DNA of 64,000 bases. It comes from Patescibacteria group bacterium (GTDB taxonomy: Bacteria; Patescibacteriota; WWE3; 2-01-FULL-39-13). This document shows positions 1-7,550 of the stretch, in pieces. Position numbers and translations under genes: made by a program. The DNA is taken from positions 3,249 to 67,248 of the forward strand of contig JASNYX010000004.1 of the NCBI GenBank assembly GCA_048499955.1, written 5' to 3'. Position 1 is the first letter of the stretch; every line of letters starts with the position of its first letter. The notes beneath the pieces were generated by a model. That model ran no database searches, was not told where the DNA came from, and was given only the letters and a program-made list of their open reading frames with translations.

Positions 1-551
1 CTGGAGGGCTGAATCAGGCTTGGATTGCTAACGCTTTTGATCCGGCTAGTCTGTCTCTCGATGAGATCGCTTTTATCACCCTTATATTCATGATTCTGTT
101 TGTAATCCTGGCTGTAGTGTTGCTACTTTTTTATATTACCCGCCTTATCACCATCGCTCTTGGTGCTGTGTTATCTCCGTTTATCTTTCTTCTTTGGGCA
201 TTACCAAAATTTGCGGACTTTGCTGAGATTTCCGCCAAAACCTATCTGACTACGATTTTCTCTATCTTGGTACATGTAGTGGTTATTCAGTTGGCAGCCG
301 CTTTCCTAGCATTGCCCGATCAAGTGGGCACCAATTCTTTGATCTCTATTTTGGTAGGCGTTGGACTGCTTCTGACACTACTGAAAACCCAGTCATTTAT
401 GGTTCAGCTCATGTTCTATAACTCTGGCCGGACGCTGGTCAAGAAAATGGGTGGACAAATTATGAATGTGTTCAGCAGTAAACAAAGCGAGGCTGCTCCG
501 GCTTCCAAACCCAGGACGGTTAAGATTCCCAGAAAGGTGGTGGCAGCATGA
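1..551 (+). CDS. VirB6/TrbL-like polytopic membrane protein of a type IV secretion/conjugation module (3' part; ORF runs off the window start)
   Basis: Frame 3 is open from nt 3 to the stop at 551. It encodes several hydrophobic helices (LFVILAVVLLLFYITRLITIALGAVL, IFSILVHVVVIQLAAAFLAL, ILVGVGLLLTLL). It lies immediately upstream of VirB3-like, VirB4 and hydrolase genes with 4-nt overlaps (ATGA). Confidence 0.45.
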   Translation, partial: GGLNQAWIANAFDPASLSLDEIAFITLIFMILFVILAVVLLLFYITRLITIALGAVLSPFIFLLWALPKFADFAEISAKTYLTTIFSILVHVVVIQLAAAFLALPDQVGTNSLISILVGVGLLLTLLKTQSFMVQLMFYNSGRTLVKKMGGQIMNVFSSKQSEAAPASKPRTVKIPRKVVAA

Positions 552-1030
552 GAAGTACTGTGATTCCGGCACAAGTGACAACGGTTGAGGATACTATTGC
601 TGGCAATTTGACTCTAACGCAGATAATTCTGTTGATTATGCCGGTGCTGTTATCAACCGCTGTTTATGCTGTTATGCCGGAACGACTGGTTTTATCCACC
701 TATAAAATTCCCTTGATCGTTATCTTATTTGCCGTATTTGTTGTGCTGGCCTTGCGTATAAAAGGCAGAATTGTCCTGAGCTGGCTTTCGGTTATGGCTA
801 TCTATTATTTCCGTCCACATATCTTTGTATTCAACAAAAACACCATTTACGCAAGGAATATCTTATTGCCACCAGTGAGAAAACCTACGACTGCAAAAGC
901 CAAAGTGACGATTAAGGTTCAAGATGAAGAGAGAAACGACTCATTTGATTACGAATCATTGCTTAGAAACCCCAGTATAAACATCCGCTTTACCAGAAAA
1001 GGATTACTTGTCGTCAAAAACTATGATTAA
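548..1030 (+). CDS. small two-TM membrane protein, VirB3/PrgI-like (conjugation ATPase partner)
   Basis: 160 aa with two adjacent TM helices (LIMPVLLSTAVYAV; IPLIVILFAVFVVLAL). It sits in the position of VirB3/PrgI between the VirB6-like and VirB4 genes and its start overlaps the upstream stop. Confidence 0.4.
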   Translation: MRSTVIPAQVTTVEDTIAGNLTLTQIILLIMPVLLSTAVYAVMPERLVLSTYKIPLIVILFAVFVVLALRIKGRIVLSWLSVMAIYYFRPHIFVFNKNTIYARNILLPPVRKPTTAKAKVTIKVQDEERNDSFDYESLLRNPSINIRFTRKGLLVVKNYD

Positions 1031-1628
1031 CAAAGCTTCATCCCGCCACCAGATTAATATCAAAGAAGTTAAAGATGGAGTACTCATTTTGCCGGGCAAC
1101 AAATACCGGATGATCCTGGAAACTTCCGCCGTCAACTTTGAACTAAAAAGTGAAGATGAACAGGATCAGATTATCGATACCTTCCAAAACTTCTTAAATG
1201 CACTGCCATGCTCGGTGCAGATTTTAATCAGAACCCGTGAGATTGATATCGACGGTTACTTGGCTGATTTTATGTATCACAACAATCACGAGACCAACAA
1301 AATCTATAAGGAACAGTTGAAGGAATACGGGCAGTTTATCAAAAAATTAGTCTCCGGCAACAAAATTTTGACCAGAAAGTTTTATATTGTTATTTCTGAC
1401 TCCAGTGAATCGAGCAAAGTTGATTTTTCTATCATCAAAGAGCAACTCAAGTTGAACCAAGACATTATTATCAAAGGCTTAGAGCGTCTGGGGATGAAAA
1501 CTAGAAAACTTGGCAATCTTGAGATTCTGGACTTGTTTTACAGTTTCTACAATCCATCAAAACTAAAGACTCAACCCTTAACACACAAAACTTTTGAAGC
1601 AATCAACAACCATGCAGATATTCTCTAG
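1008..1628 (+). CDS. virB4: VirB4/TrsE-family N-terminal domain (first part of a VirB4 gene split over two frames)
   Basis: The segment ...IKEVKDGVLILPGNKYRMILETSAVNFELKSEDEQDQIIDTFQNFLNALPCSVQILIRTREIDIDGYL matches the characteristic N-terminal region of Gram-positive VirB4 (TrsE/PrgJ/TcpF type). The ORF ends 35 nt inside the next ORF, which is in frame +1. The combined length of 206+604 aa equals a canonical ~800-aa VirB4. Confidence 0.55.
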   Translation: MSSKTMINKASSRHQINIKEVKDGVLILPGNKYRMILETSAVNFELKSEDEQDQIIDTFQNFLNALPCSVQILIRTREIDIDGYLADFMYHNNHETNKIYKEQLKEYGQFIKKLVSGNKILTRKFYIVISDSSESSKVDFSIIKEQLKLNQDIIIKGLERLGMKTRKLGNLEILDLFYSFYNPSKLKTQPLTHKTFEAINNHADIL

Positions 1629-3408
1629 TCCATACAAAACCATCACTAAAAAATACAAAACCTGGAACAAGAAACGCCGGGATCAAAAGAAACGGATTGA
1701 ACTGGCGTTTGGAGATCAGGATCAAGTCGATCTTATTTCTTACTCCAGCCTCCGCGAAAACTCAGGTTACATTGAGCTGGAAGAGAAGTTTATTCGTACC
1801 ATCTTTGTGTCAGGTTATCCATACATCGCTTCCACCGGCTGGCTCTCGATGCTGACTAATTTCAACCACAATGTTGATATTTCTTACCACATCGAGCAGG
1901 TTGATCCTCTGATGGCTCTGCCTAAACTAACCAGAAAAATCACAGAACTGGAATCAACCAGGCGTACGATGCAGCAGCAAGGGAGAATTATTGGCTCAGA
2001 AATTCTAGATCCGCTTGAGTCTGCCATGAACCTGAAGGACCGGATACTCCGAGGCCAGGAAAAACTATTTCAGGTATCAATTTACGTGACCTTAATTGCG
2101 GATTCATTAAATGAGTTAAATAAAATCACGACACTCCTTGATACCACTCTAGCGACCAAACTTTTCTACACCAAAGTGGCCGGTTTCCAGCAGTTGGAAG
2201 GATTGCAGTCAATTCTCCCTAGAGGTGAAAATCTCCTGGCTCAGAAAAGAAATCTTGACAGTTCTTCCGCCGCCTTAACGTTTCCCTTTACATCCTCTGA
2301 ACTGGTTCAAGAATCAGGAATCCTTTACGGGATCAATAAATCCAACAATTCTCTGGTTATTGTTGACCGATTTTCTTTACACAACGCCAACAGTATTACC
2401 TTTGCACAATCGGGCAGCGGTAAAAGCTATGCAGCCAAGGTGGAGATCTTAAGACAACTAATTCAAAAAACCAAAGTGATTGTGATCGATCCCGAACGGG
2501 AGTATCAGCAGCTTTGCAATAGTCTGGGTGGCACATATATTAAGCTCTCGGCAAGATCCCAGGAGAAAATTAACCCCTTTGACTTCTCACTTAGCAGTAG
2601 TACAGATAGCAACAGTCTGGCCGAGCATATCCAAGATTTAACTGAAGTAATTTCACTGATGGTGGAGGGACTATCTCCTCAGGAAAAAGCGGCACTAGAT
2701 AAAGCGATTATCAAAACCTACAGAGAGTTTGGCTACACTCTCCATGGCAATCACAAACGGGCAAAAGGGTCATATCCGCTTCTTAAAGACTTAAACAAAG
2801 TCCTCAAAGCCGACAAACAAAATACTTTAGCAACACGACTGGAAAAATTCGTCAAAGGATCGCTTTCCAGTGTGTTTGACTCCCAGACCAATATTGAATT
2901 GGATAACCGGCTAATAGTATTTGATATCAAAGATCTGCCGGAGTCGATCAGGCAGATCATGCTGATTATTGTGGCCAACTATGTCTATAACCAGGTCAAG
3001 AAAGAGCCACAGAAACGCCTCCTCGTAATTGATGAAGGCTGGTTGCTACTTGAACATGAAGAAAGTGCCAGGTTTGTCGCCGGGCTTACCAGAAGAGCCA
3101 GAAAATATTATTTAGGGGTCAGCATAATTTCCCAGCAAGCCAACGACTTTCTGAACAATCAGTATGGCCGGGCAATCGCCTCACAGGCTTCGCTTCGAAT
3201 CTTAATGCGGCAGGACACGACAACGATCAAGGATGTGGCTCGAGAATTCAAGCTTAGTGAATATGAGGAAAAGTTTTTGCTTACCAGTGAGCGCGGTGAG
3301 GCAATTATTATTGCCGATCAAAATCATGTGGCGATAAAGATCGTTGCTTCGGAAAAAGAACATCCTCTGATCACCACTGACCCCAAGGAACTATATCAAC
3401 CGTCATGA
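1594..3408 (+). CDS. virB4: VirB4/TraC/CagE-family conjugation ATPase (linker plus C-terminal ATPase domain)
   Basis: Walker A is FAQSGSGKSYAAKV and Walker B is RLLVIDEGWLLL. The upstream linker motif FIRTIFVSGYPYIASTGWLSMLTNFNHNVDISYHI is typical of VirB4. The stop overlaps the next start (ATGA). Confidence 0.8.
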   Translation: MKQSTTMQIFSSPYKTITKKYKTWNKKRRDQKKRIELAFGDQDQVDLISYSSLRENSGYIELEEKFIRTIFVSGYPYIASTGWLSMLTNFNHNVDISYHIEQVDPLMALPKLTRKITELESTRRTMQQQGRIIGSEILDPLESAMNLKDRILRGQEKLFQVSIYVTLIADSLNELNKITTLLDTTLATKLFYTKVAGFQQLEGLQSILPRGENLLAQKRNLDSSSAALTFPFTSSELVQESGILYGINKSNNSLVIVDRFSLHNANSITFAQSGSGKSYAAKVEILRQLIQKTKVIVIDPEREYQQLCNSLGGTYIKLSARSQEKINPFDFSLSSSTDSNSLAEHIQDLTEVISLMVEGLSPQEKAALDKAIIKTYREFGYTLHGNHKRAKGSYPLLKDLNKVLKADKQNTLATRLEKFVKGSLSSVFDSQTNIELDNRLIVFDIKDLPESIRQIMLIIVANYVYNQVKKEPQKRLLVIDEGWLLLEHEESARFVAGLTRRARKYYLGVSIISQQANDFLNNQYGRAIASQASLRILMRQDTTTIKDVAREFKLSEYEEKFLLTSERGEAIIIADQNHVAIKIVASEKEHPLITTDPKELYQPS

Positions 3409-4010
3409 ACTTATTTCTTGCCTGGAATATCTTCTCGTACCGCCGGGAGCTGGCGTATGTAGCTACCGCTTTTTTACTCGTTATTCTGCTTCCGATAATC
3501 GCAGTGAGCGTGCTGACACAGACCGGTATCAATGTTGTCTCTGACACACTGGCAGAGATTAACGAAGTTACCCAAGTAGTAGAGCTGAAAAATCCCTTGG
3601 ATGGTTCGATTTACAAGACCATAGAAGGCCCGTTTGCCTGGCCAACTACGGGAGTAATCACGCTTGAGTTCTCCAAATCAAGCCTTTACCAACTTTTCCA
3701 TACTGGACTTGATATCGCTGGCATGCGGGGTGACCCGATCACTCCTTTTATGGGCGGCAAAGTGATTTATGCAGGCGAAATATCATGGGGCTATGGCAAA
3801 CACGTCGTGATTGATCACGGAGATAACGTAACTTCCATATATGCCCACCTGGACAAAATATATGTTGCTCCGGATCAGGAAGTAGAGCCGAGAAAAGTAA
3901 TCGGGACCGAAGGCAGCACCGGCTGGGCCACCGGCCCACACCTACATTTTGAGACGAGAGTGTTTGGAATACCAGTAAACCCGAGAGTGTTTTTAGGGCA
4001 AGAATTGTGA
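3405..4010 (+). CDS. membrane-anchored M23 (LytM-type) peptidoglycan hydrolase, the cell-wall hydrolase of the T4SS module
   Basis: N-terminal TM helix. M23 motifs HTGLDIA, GKHVVIDHG and GPHLHFE are present. It is translationally coupled to VirB4. Confidence 0.8.
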   Translation: MNLFLAWNIFSYRRELAYVATAFLLVILLPIIAVSVLTQTGINVVSDTLAEINEVTQVVELKNPLDGSIYKTIEGPFAWPTTGVITLEFSKSSLYQLFHTGLDIAGMRGDPITPFMGGKVIYAGEISWGYGKHVVIDHGDNVTSIYAHLDKIYVAPDQEVEPRKVIGTEGSTGWATGPHLHFETRVFGIPVNPRVFLGQEL

Positions 4011-4040
4011 AGTTAGCAGAAGCGAGACAATTGTGTTTAT

Positions 4041-4832
4041 CTAATATTTAGAATGATTAATCAGTGCCGCATCTTTAAGGTATATTGGAGTAATCAATTT
4101 GTCTTCACTTGCTTTTAAAAGAGCAATACTGATATCTTTTGTGCCGCCCGTGTAGTCTGAAATAATTTCATAAGGTTGATAATCTGCTGCTAATTTTGCA
4201 AAAAGGCTTTCTAGTTGACTCTTAATTTCTAGTACCGATTTATCGGTGATTGTTATATTAAAGACCTCAACATGTCGGTCGCTCTTTTCTATTTCAGTCT
4301 TAAAGGTCTCAGCAATTTGCTTTACTTGTGTGGCTTCGGTAACAATTAAAACTACTTTCTCAAGAGAATTGATTGCTGAGTGTCCACCATCGTTGTAGAT
4401 TAACGATTTATAAACGTTATAAGAAGGAATATCTTTAAAATCAGACCGACTATTTGAAACAACCGTTACTAACACCTTCTTTTGATTCAATGGTGTTGGT
4501 GTAAATAAATCTTTATGGATTGATCTTATTCTTATATACACCCAAAGAGGAATACTCGTAAAAAGCAAAACCAATAGAAATAATTGTGTAGCTACTTGCA
4601 TTTCTAAAATTGCTGAAGTGACCAGATATTTAAATAGCTCAAAAAGCGCATTTGTAAGCAATCCGAACGATAAGATAAACAATAGGCTTAGCCACGGGTG
4701 ATTCGTGGAGATGCTGAGAATATTGCGGAGTAAAATACCTTTTTTGGTAAATTCCCGTTGCTGGTTTTCAATAAGATCAAAATTTTCTTTAAATTTGCTC
4801 ATAAAATGGCGTTGTTGGTGATATATCAGCAA
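4041..4832 (-). CDS. CBASS-type effector candidate: 2-TM N-terminus fused to a C-terminal CARF-like Rossmann domain (Cam1-like architecture)
   Basis: Two TM helices (WLSLLFILSFGLLTNALFELF; LFLLVLLFTSIPLWVYIRI). They are followed by an alternating beta/alpha domain: KVLVTVVSNS, VVLIVTEATQVKQIAETF, HVEVFNITI, EIISDYTGGTKD. The last segment fits the CARF signature [DN]x[ST]xxx[RK] after strand 4. This is the last gene of the CD-NTase operon. The likely start is the internal Met (MSKFKE, ~4802). Confidence 0.5.
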   Translation of the reverse strand: MLIYHQQRHFMSKFKENFDLIENQQREFTKKGILLRNILSISTNHPWLSLLFILSFGLLTNALFELFKYLVTSAILEMQVATQLFLLVLLFTSIPLWVYIRIRSIHKDLFTPTPLNQKKVLVTVVSNSRSDFKDIPSYNVYKSLIYNDGGHSAINSLEKVVLIVTEATQVKQIAETFKTEIEKSDRHVEVFNITITDKSVLEIKSQLESLFAKLAADYQPYEIISDYTGGTKDISIALLKASEDKLITPIYLKDAALINHSKY

Positions 4833-5697
4833 TTACCTTGGTTACCGATTCAAAATCTATCTTTTTATCTGGATAGCCAGTAAGAACTATCGCCGGGAAC
4901 ACTTTTTGTGTGAGATCTGAATACGTATATCCATAAGTTAAACCATCATAAGGCACACACATAGCTACTAGTTGATTTATCTGGTCTTCTGTCAACTGCA
5001 AATCATCTAAATATGTTTTAAGTAGGGTGTAACATTGATCTCGTGACGGACGATCAAATTCAAAGGTGACAGCACTTCGCCGTCGAACCGCTGGATCAAT
5101 TGCCGAATGTCTATTCGTGGACATTACGATCATTACCGGTGTTGGTAGGTCCTTCAAAGAGTCAATACCGCGAATGAGTGCATTTACGCCGGCTTTATCT
5201 TCATGGTGCATCTGTGTCACTTCTCTTGATTGTGCCAGAGCATCCGCCTCATCAATAAGTAGAATCAGTGCAGTATTAGTTTTTGCCTGAGAATGAGCCT
5301 CTTTCCGTACAAACTCAAATGAGTCGCTAATTAATTTAGTCATTTCTCCCACAATTCCAGATCCTCTTGCGTTGAGGCTTAACTTATAAAGAACTATCTT
5401 AACTTCTTCAGACCTAGCGATTTGATCTCCAAATGTTTCGGCAAGAGCCGTTTTGCCTGTTCCAACATCTCCAGAAAAAATAAATAAAGGTGGCCTATTT
5501 TTAAAAAGCTTAATAATTGGAATTTCCCTTTTGTAAAATTTTTTTGTCCACTCATCTAAGCCGGATGGGTTGAGTATGATTGATGCCTCTTTAGCTAATC
5601 TATCCTTTATATGGTCTATCCCAACAAGCGACAAATACCTCTCCTGTGCGACGGGATCAGGAAATGCAGTAATATTTTCAAAAGTCTCGCTATTCAT
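4789..5697 (-). CDS. AAA+ ATPase, TRIP13/Pch2-like (CBASS Cap6-like)
   Basis: Single AAA+ module of 302 aa with a ~75-aa N-terminal domain. Walker A is FSGDVGTGKTALAE and Walker B is LLIDEADAL. Sensor/Arg-finger region is MSTNRHSAIDPAVRRR. The size and position after the CD-NTase and a small protein match CBASS type III. Confidence 0.6.
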   Translation of the reverse strand: MNSETFENITAFPDPVAQERYLSLVGIDHIKDRLAKEASIILNPSGLDEWTKKFYKREIPIIKLFKNRPPLFIFSGDVGTGKTALAETFGDQIARSEEVKIVLYKLSLNARGSGIVGEMTKLISDSFEFVRKEAHSQAKTNTALILLIDEADALAQSREVTQMHHEDKAGVNALIRGIDSLKDLPTPVMIVMSTNRHSAIDPAVRRRSAVTFEFDRPSRDQCYTLLKTYLDDLQLTEDQINQLVAMCVPYDGLTYGYTYSDLTQKVFPAIVLTGYPDKKIDFESVTKVIADISPTTPFYEQI

Positions 5698-5698
5698 A

Positions 5699-6217
5699 TC
5701 AGTAACTCCTAAATTGTTGACGGCTCAGTCCGACTCCGTTACGAGAATAAGAATCGTCTGTTGCCCACGTCCCATTTGCCGATCCTGGTTCTGTACCGTT
5801 TGATCGCTTTATTGGTAATAGCTCTTCTACTTGACCTAAATCCTCTCCGCTTAAGCTAGGATTGTGGCGTCTTGTCAAAAAGGAATGCCAAGATGCTCCG
5901 TTAAGGTTTGTAGGAAGATCAATAATGCTAGGCTCATCGTTTGCTGATTCAACTTGCCCAAGGTTATTTACTGAATACCCGATGGCATAAATCCAGTTCC
6001 CGTTCCTCTGATAACCATACTTAACACTTTCCAGTAGACCAAACCTCAATAATATCGCTGCCTCCAGGGCTAAATCCTGAACCTTCTGTGGGGTAAGTTG
6101 GCCGCAATAAACGCGTAATAGGGTTAAGCCATGAGCAATGCGTGAGGCAAGATATTTTGCGTCAGCAATCGTAAATGTTTCCGATAAGCTTCTTGTTTGG
6201 GTATTGCTGTATGTCAT
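5699..6217 (-). CDS. small protein between CD-NTase and the AAA+ gene; HORMA (Cap7)-like by position only
   Basis: The longest ORF starts at 6289 and overlaps the CD-NTase by 68 nt. The internal Met at 6217 starts 4 nt after the CD-NTase stop and gives ~172 aa, a HORMA-like size. No diagnostic motif is recognisable by eye, so the assignment is purely contextual. The C-terminus is low-complexity (G/S/N-rich). Confidence 0.35.
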   Translation of the reverse strand: MTYSNTQTRSLSETFTIADAKYLASRIAHGLTLLRVYCGQLTPQKVQDLALEAAILLRFGLLESVKYGYQRNGNWIYAIGYSVNNLGQVESANDEPSIIDLPTNLNGASWHSFLTRRHNPSLSGEDLGQVEELLPIKRSNGTEPGSANGTWATDDSYSRNGVGLSRQQFRSY

Positions 6218-6221
6218 GCGT

Positions 6222-7235
6222 TTATCCTCTAAAAGTTGACCCCAAAACGGTCCTCCAATTTTCAACTGCTTCTTGTTTTGTTGTGGCATTCATGGCTATA
6301 GCGATCGCATTTAACGCCTTTTTAGCTTCATCAACTATTCTTTGTCGTTGATCCTCCGTATAAGTGCTTGCTATATTATTTTTGGGGTTAACCGGATCAT
6401 ATATCCGAATAATTGCGTTATCTGATTGATCAATTTTGTCTCTACTGTAGTAATCAGCAAAGAATATCGGCTCTTTGAGGCCAGTTCGTACGATATATGA
6501 AAAGAAATTACTTATCGCCTCGGTATAGTTACTAGTGTCCAGACCACTGTCAGCCAAGTGAGAACAGATAAGCTCAATCATCAGCGATTTAAACCTGAAA
6601 TGATCTCCGCGGGTTTTATATTGTTCCTTTATTAGCTTAGCCCAGTATTTTGTGAATCGAACGAATTGTATGTAATGGTCGGGCTGAGTATTTTTTCTTT
6701 TCTGGATAAACTCAAGATGCTGTGAAATACTTGTCAACACTCGCTCGCCATTGCTAGTAACTAAATAACCTTTGTTGTCTGGATCTCCTTCATAAAGGAC
6801 AGGTACAACATCTACATCCATAAGGCCGGGGGTTTTATAGTGAACAGTTACGCAATGATCGTGGGGTTCCAACTGGTTTTCATCAAAATCCGAATAAACC
6901 TCTTTAAGTCGATCTCGTAACCATGCAATAAGGCCACTGTTGTCTGAATCTGGTACAGCAGCAGCTTTAATGTAAATGGCAGTATCAAGATCGTTTAGCT
7001 GACGCAATGCTGAACCTTTTGCAAGACTCCCAGAGTGAAGCATCTTTACTAAATTGTAATCAGGGTGCTCATCAATGTATTTTTTTAACCTATCACGAAG
7101 ACTCTTGACTTGCTCACGATATTTTTTTGCAAGATCTGGGGGGAGGTTGACATGAGTTGTGGCGTAAGCCAATAGCTCTGCGTTAGTAATTGGTTGATCA
7201 ACCGTAAAATCATCAAGGCTATAATTCGTATTCAC
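6222..7235 (-). CDS. cGAS/DncV-like nucleotidyltransferase (CD-NTase, SMODS-type)
   Basis: Pol-beta NTase signature HSGSLAKGSALRQLNDLDTAIYI (GS-x9-DxD) plus a downstream acidic residue in GLMDVDVVPV. A C-terminal helical domain follows, for a total of 337 aa. It is the first gene of an operon with a TRIP13-like ATPase and a sensor-TM effector. Confidence 0.65.
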   Translation of the reverse strand: MNTNYSLDDFTVDQPITNAELLAYATTHVNLPPDLAKKYREQVKSLRDRLKKYIDEHPDYNLVKMLHSGSLAKGSALRQLNDLDTAIYIKAAAVPDSDNSGLIAWLRDRLKEVYSDFDENQLEPHDHCVTVHYKTPGLMDVDVVPVLYEGDPDNKGYLVTSNGERVLTSISQHLEFIQKRKNTQPDHYIQFVRFTKYWAKLIKEQYKTRGDHFRFKSLMIELICSHLADSGLDTSNYTEAISNFFSYIVRTGLKEPIFFADYYSRDKIDQSDNAIIRIYDPVNPKNNIASTYTEDQRQRIVDEAKKALNAIAIAMNATTKQEAVENWRTVLGSTFRG

Positions 7236-7292
7236 ATCATTTAGTGTCTTCTATCTTTGGGAGGGTTAGGGTCATTTGCCGGGGGCACAGTA

Positions 7293-7475
7293 TCACTGTC
7301 TCGAATAGGACCGTTGATGCTGTGGACTCTCCTTCACCACCTGAATTAGATGAAAGTCTTTTGCCTTGGATTCTGCTGCACTTTGAGTAGGAAAATAGCC
7401 AGAGGCACGAGATGCGCCTTCTCGTTTTATCCGGTATCCTTCCTTCCTATTTCCTGAAACATGGTAGTTTGCCAT
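7293..7475 (-). CDS. DUF2188-family small protein
   Basis: MANYHVSGNRKEGYRIKREGASRASGYFPTQSAAESKAKDF resembles the DUF2188 consensus (HV.p...gW.vk.eG..ra...f.tq.eA...A). It lies directly upstream of the CD-NTase on the same strand. Confidence 0.4.
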   Translation of the reverse strand: MANYHVSGNRKEGYRIKREGASRASGYFPTQSAAESKAKDFHLIQVVKESPQHQRSYSRQ

Positions 7476-7503
7476 AATATATTTCCAAGTAATAAACTGT
7501 CAT

Positions 7504-7540
7504 TTGACATTATGGTAACATTACCATAAAATTTATGGTA
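7504..7540 (+). promoter_or_regulatory. sigma70-like promoter of lexA (TTGACA 7504-7509, 17-nt spacer, TAAAAT 7527-7532) overlapped by nested palindromes
   Basis: Read directly from sequence. The -35 and -10 hexamers have an exact 17-nt spacer and lie ~19 nt upstream of the lexA ATG. The spacer contains the inverted repeat TGGTAAcaTTACCA (7513-7526). The -10 is embedded in the 9-1-9 perfect palindrome TACCATAAAaTTTATGGTA (7522-7540). TGTCAtttGACA lies at 7498-7509. Confidence 0.55.
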
Positions 7541-7550
7541 TAGCAATACT

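Noticed and set aside
2751-2978. Short antisense ORFs listed in the track (2751-2978, 5066-5290, 5570-5803, 37120-37359, 37648-38136, 38458-38802, 40418-40705, 41568-41924, 13228-13524, 15515-16079 cluster, 46313-46853 cluster, 47136-47381, 47852-48133, 61809-62130 and others)
   Set aside because: Each lies entirely within, and opposite to, a long ORF that has strong conserved motifs. They are typical shadow ORFs with no independent support.
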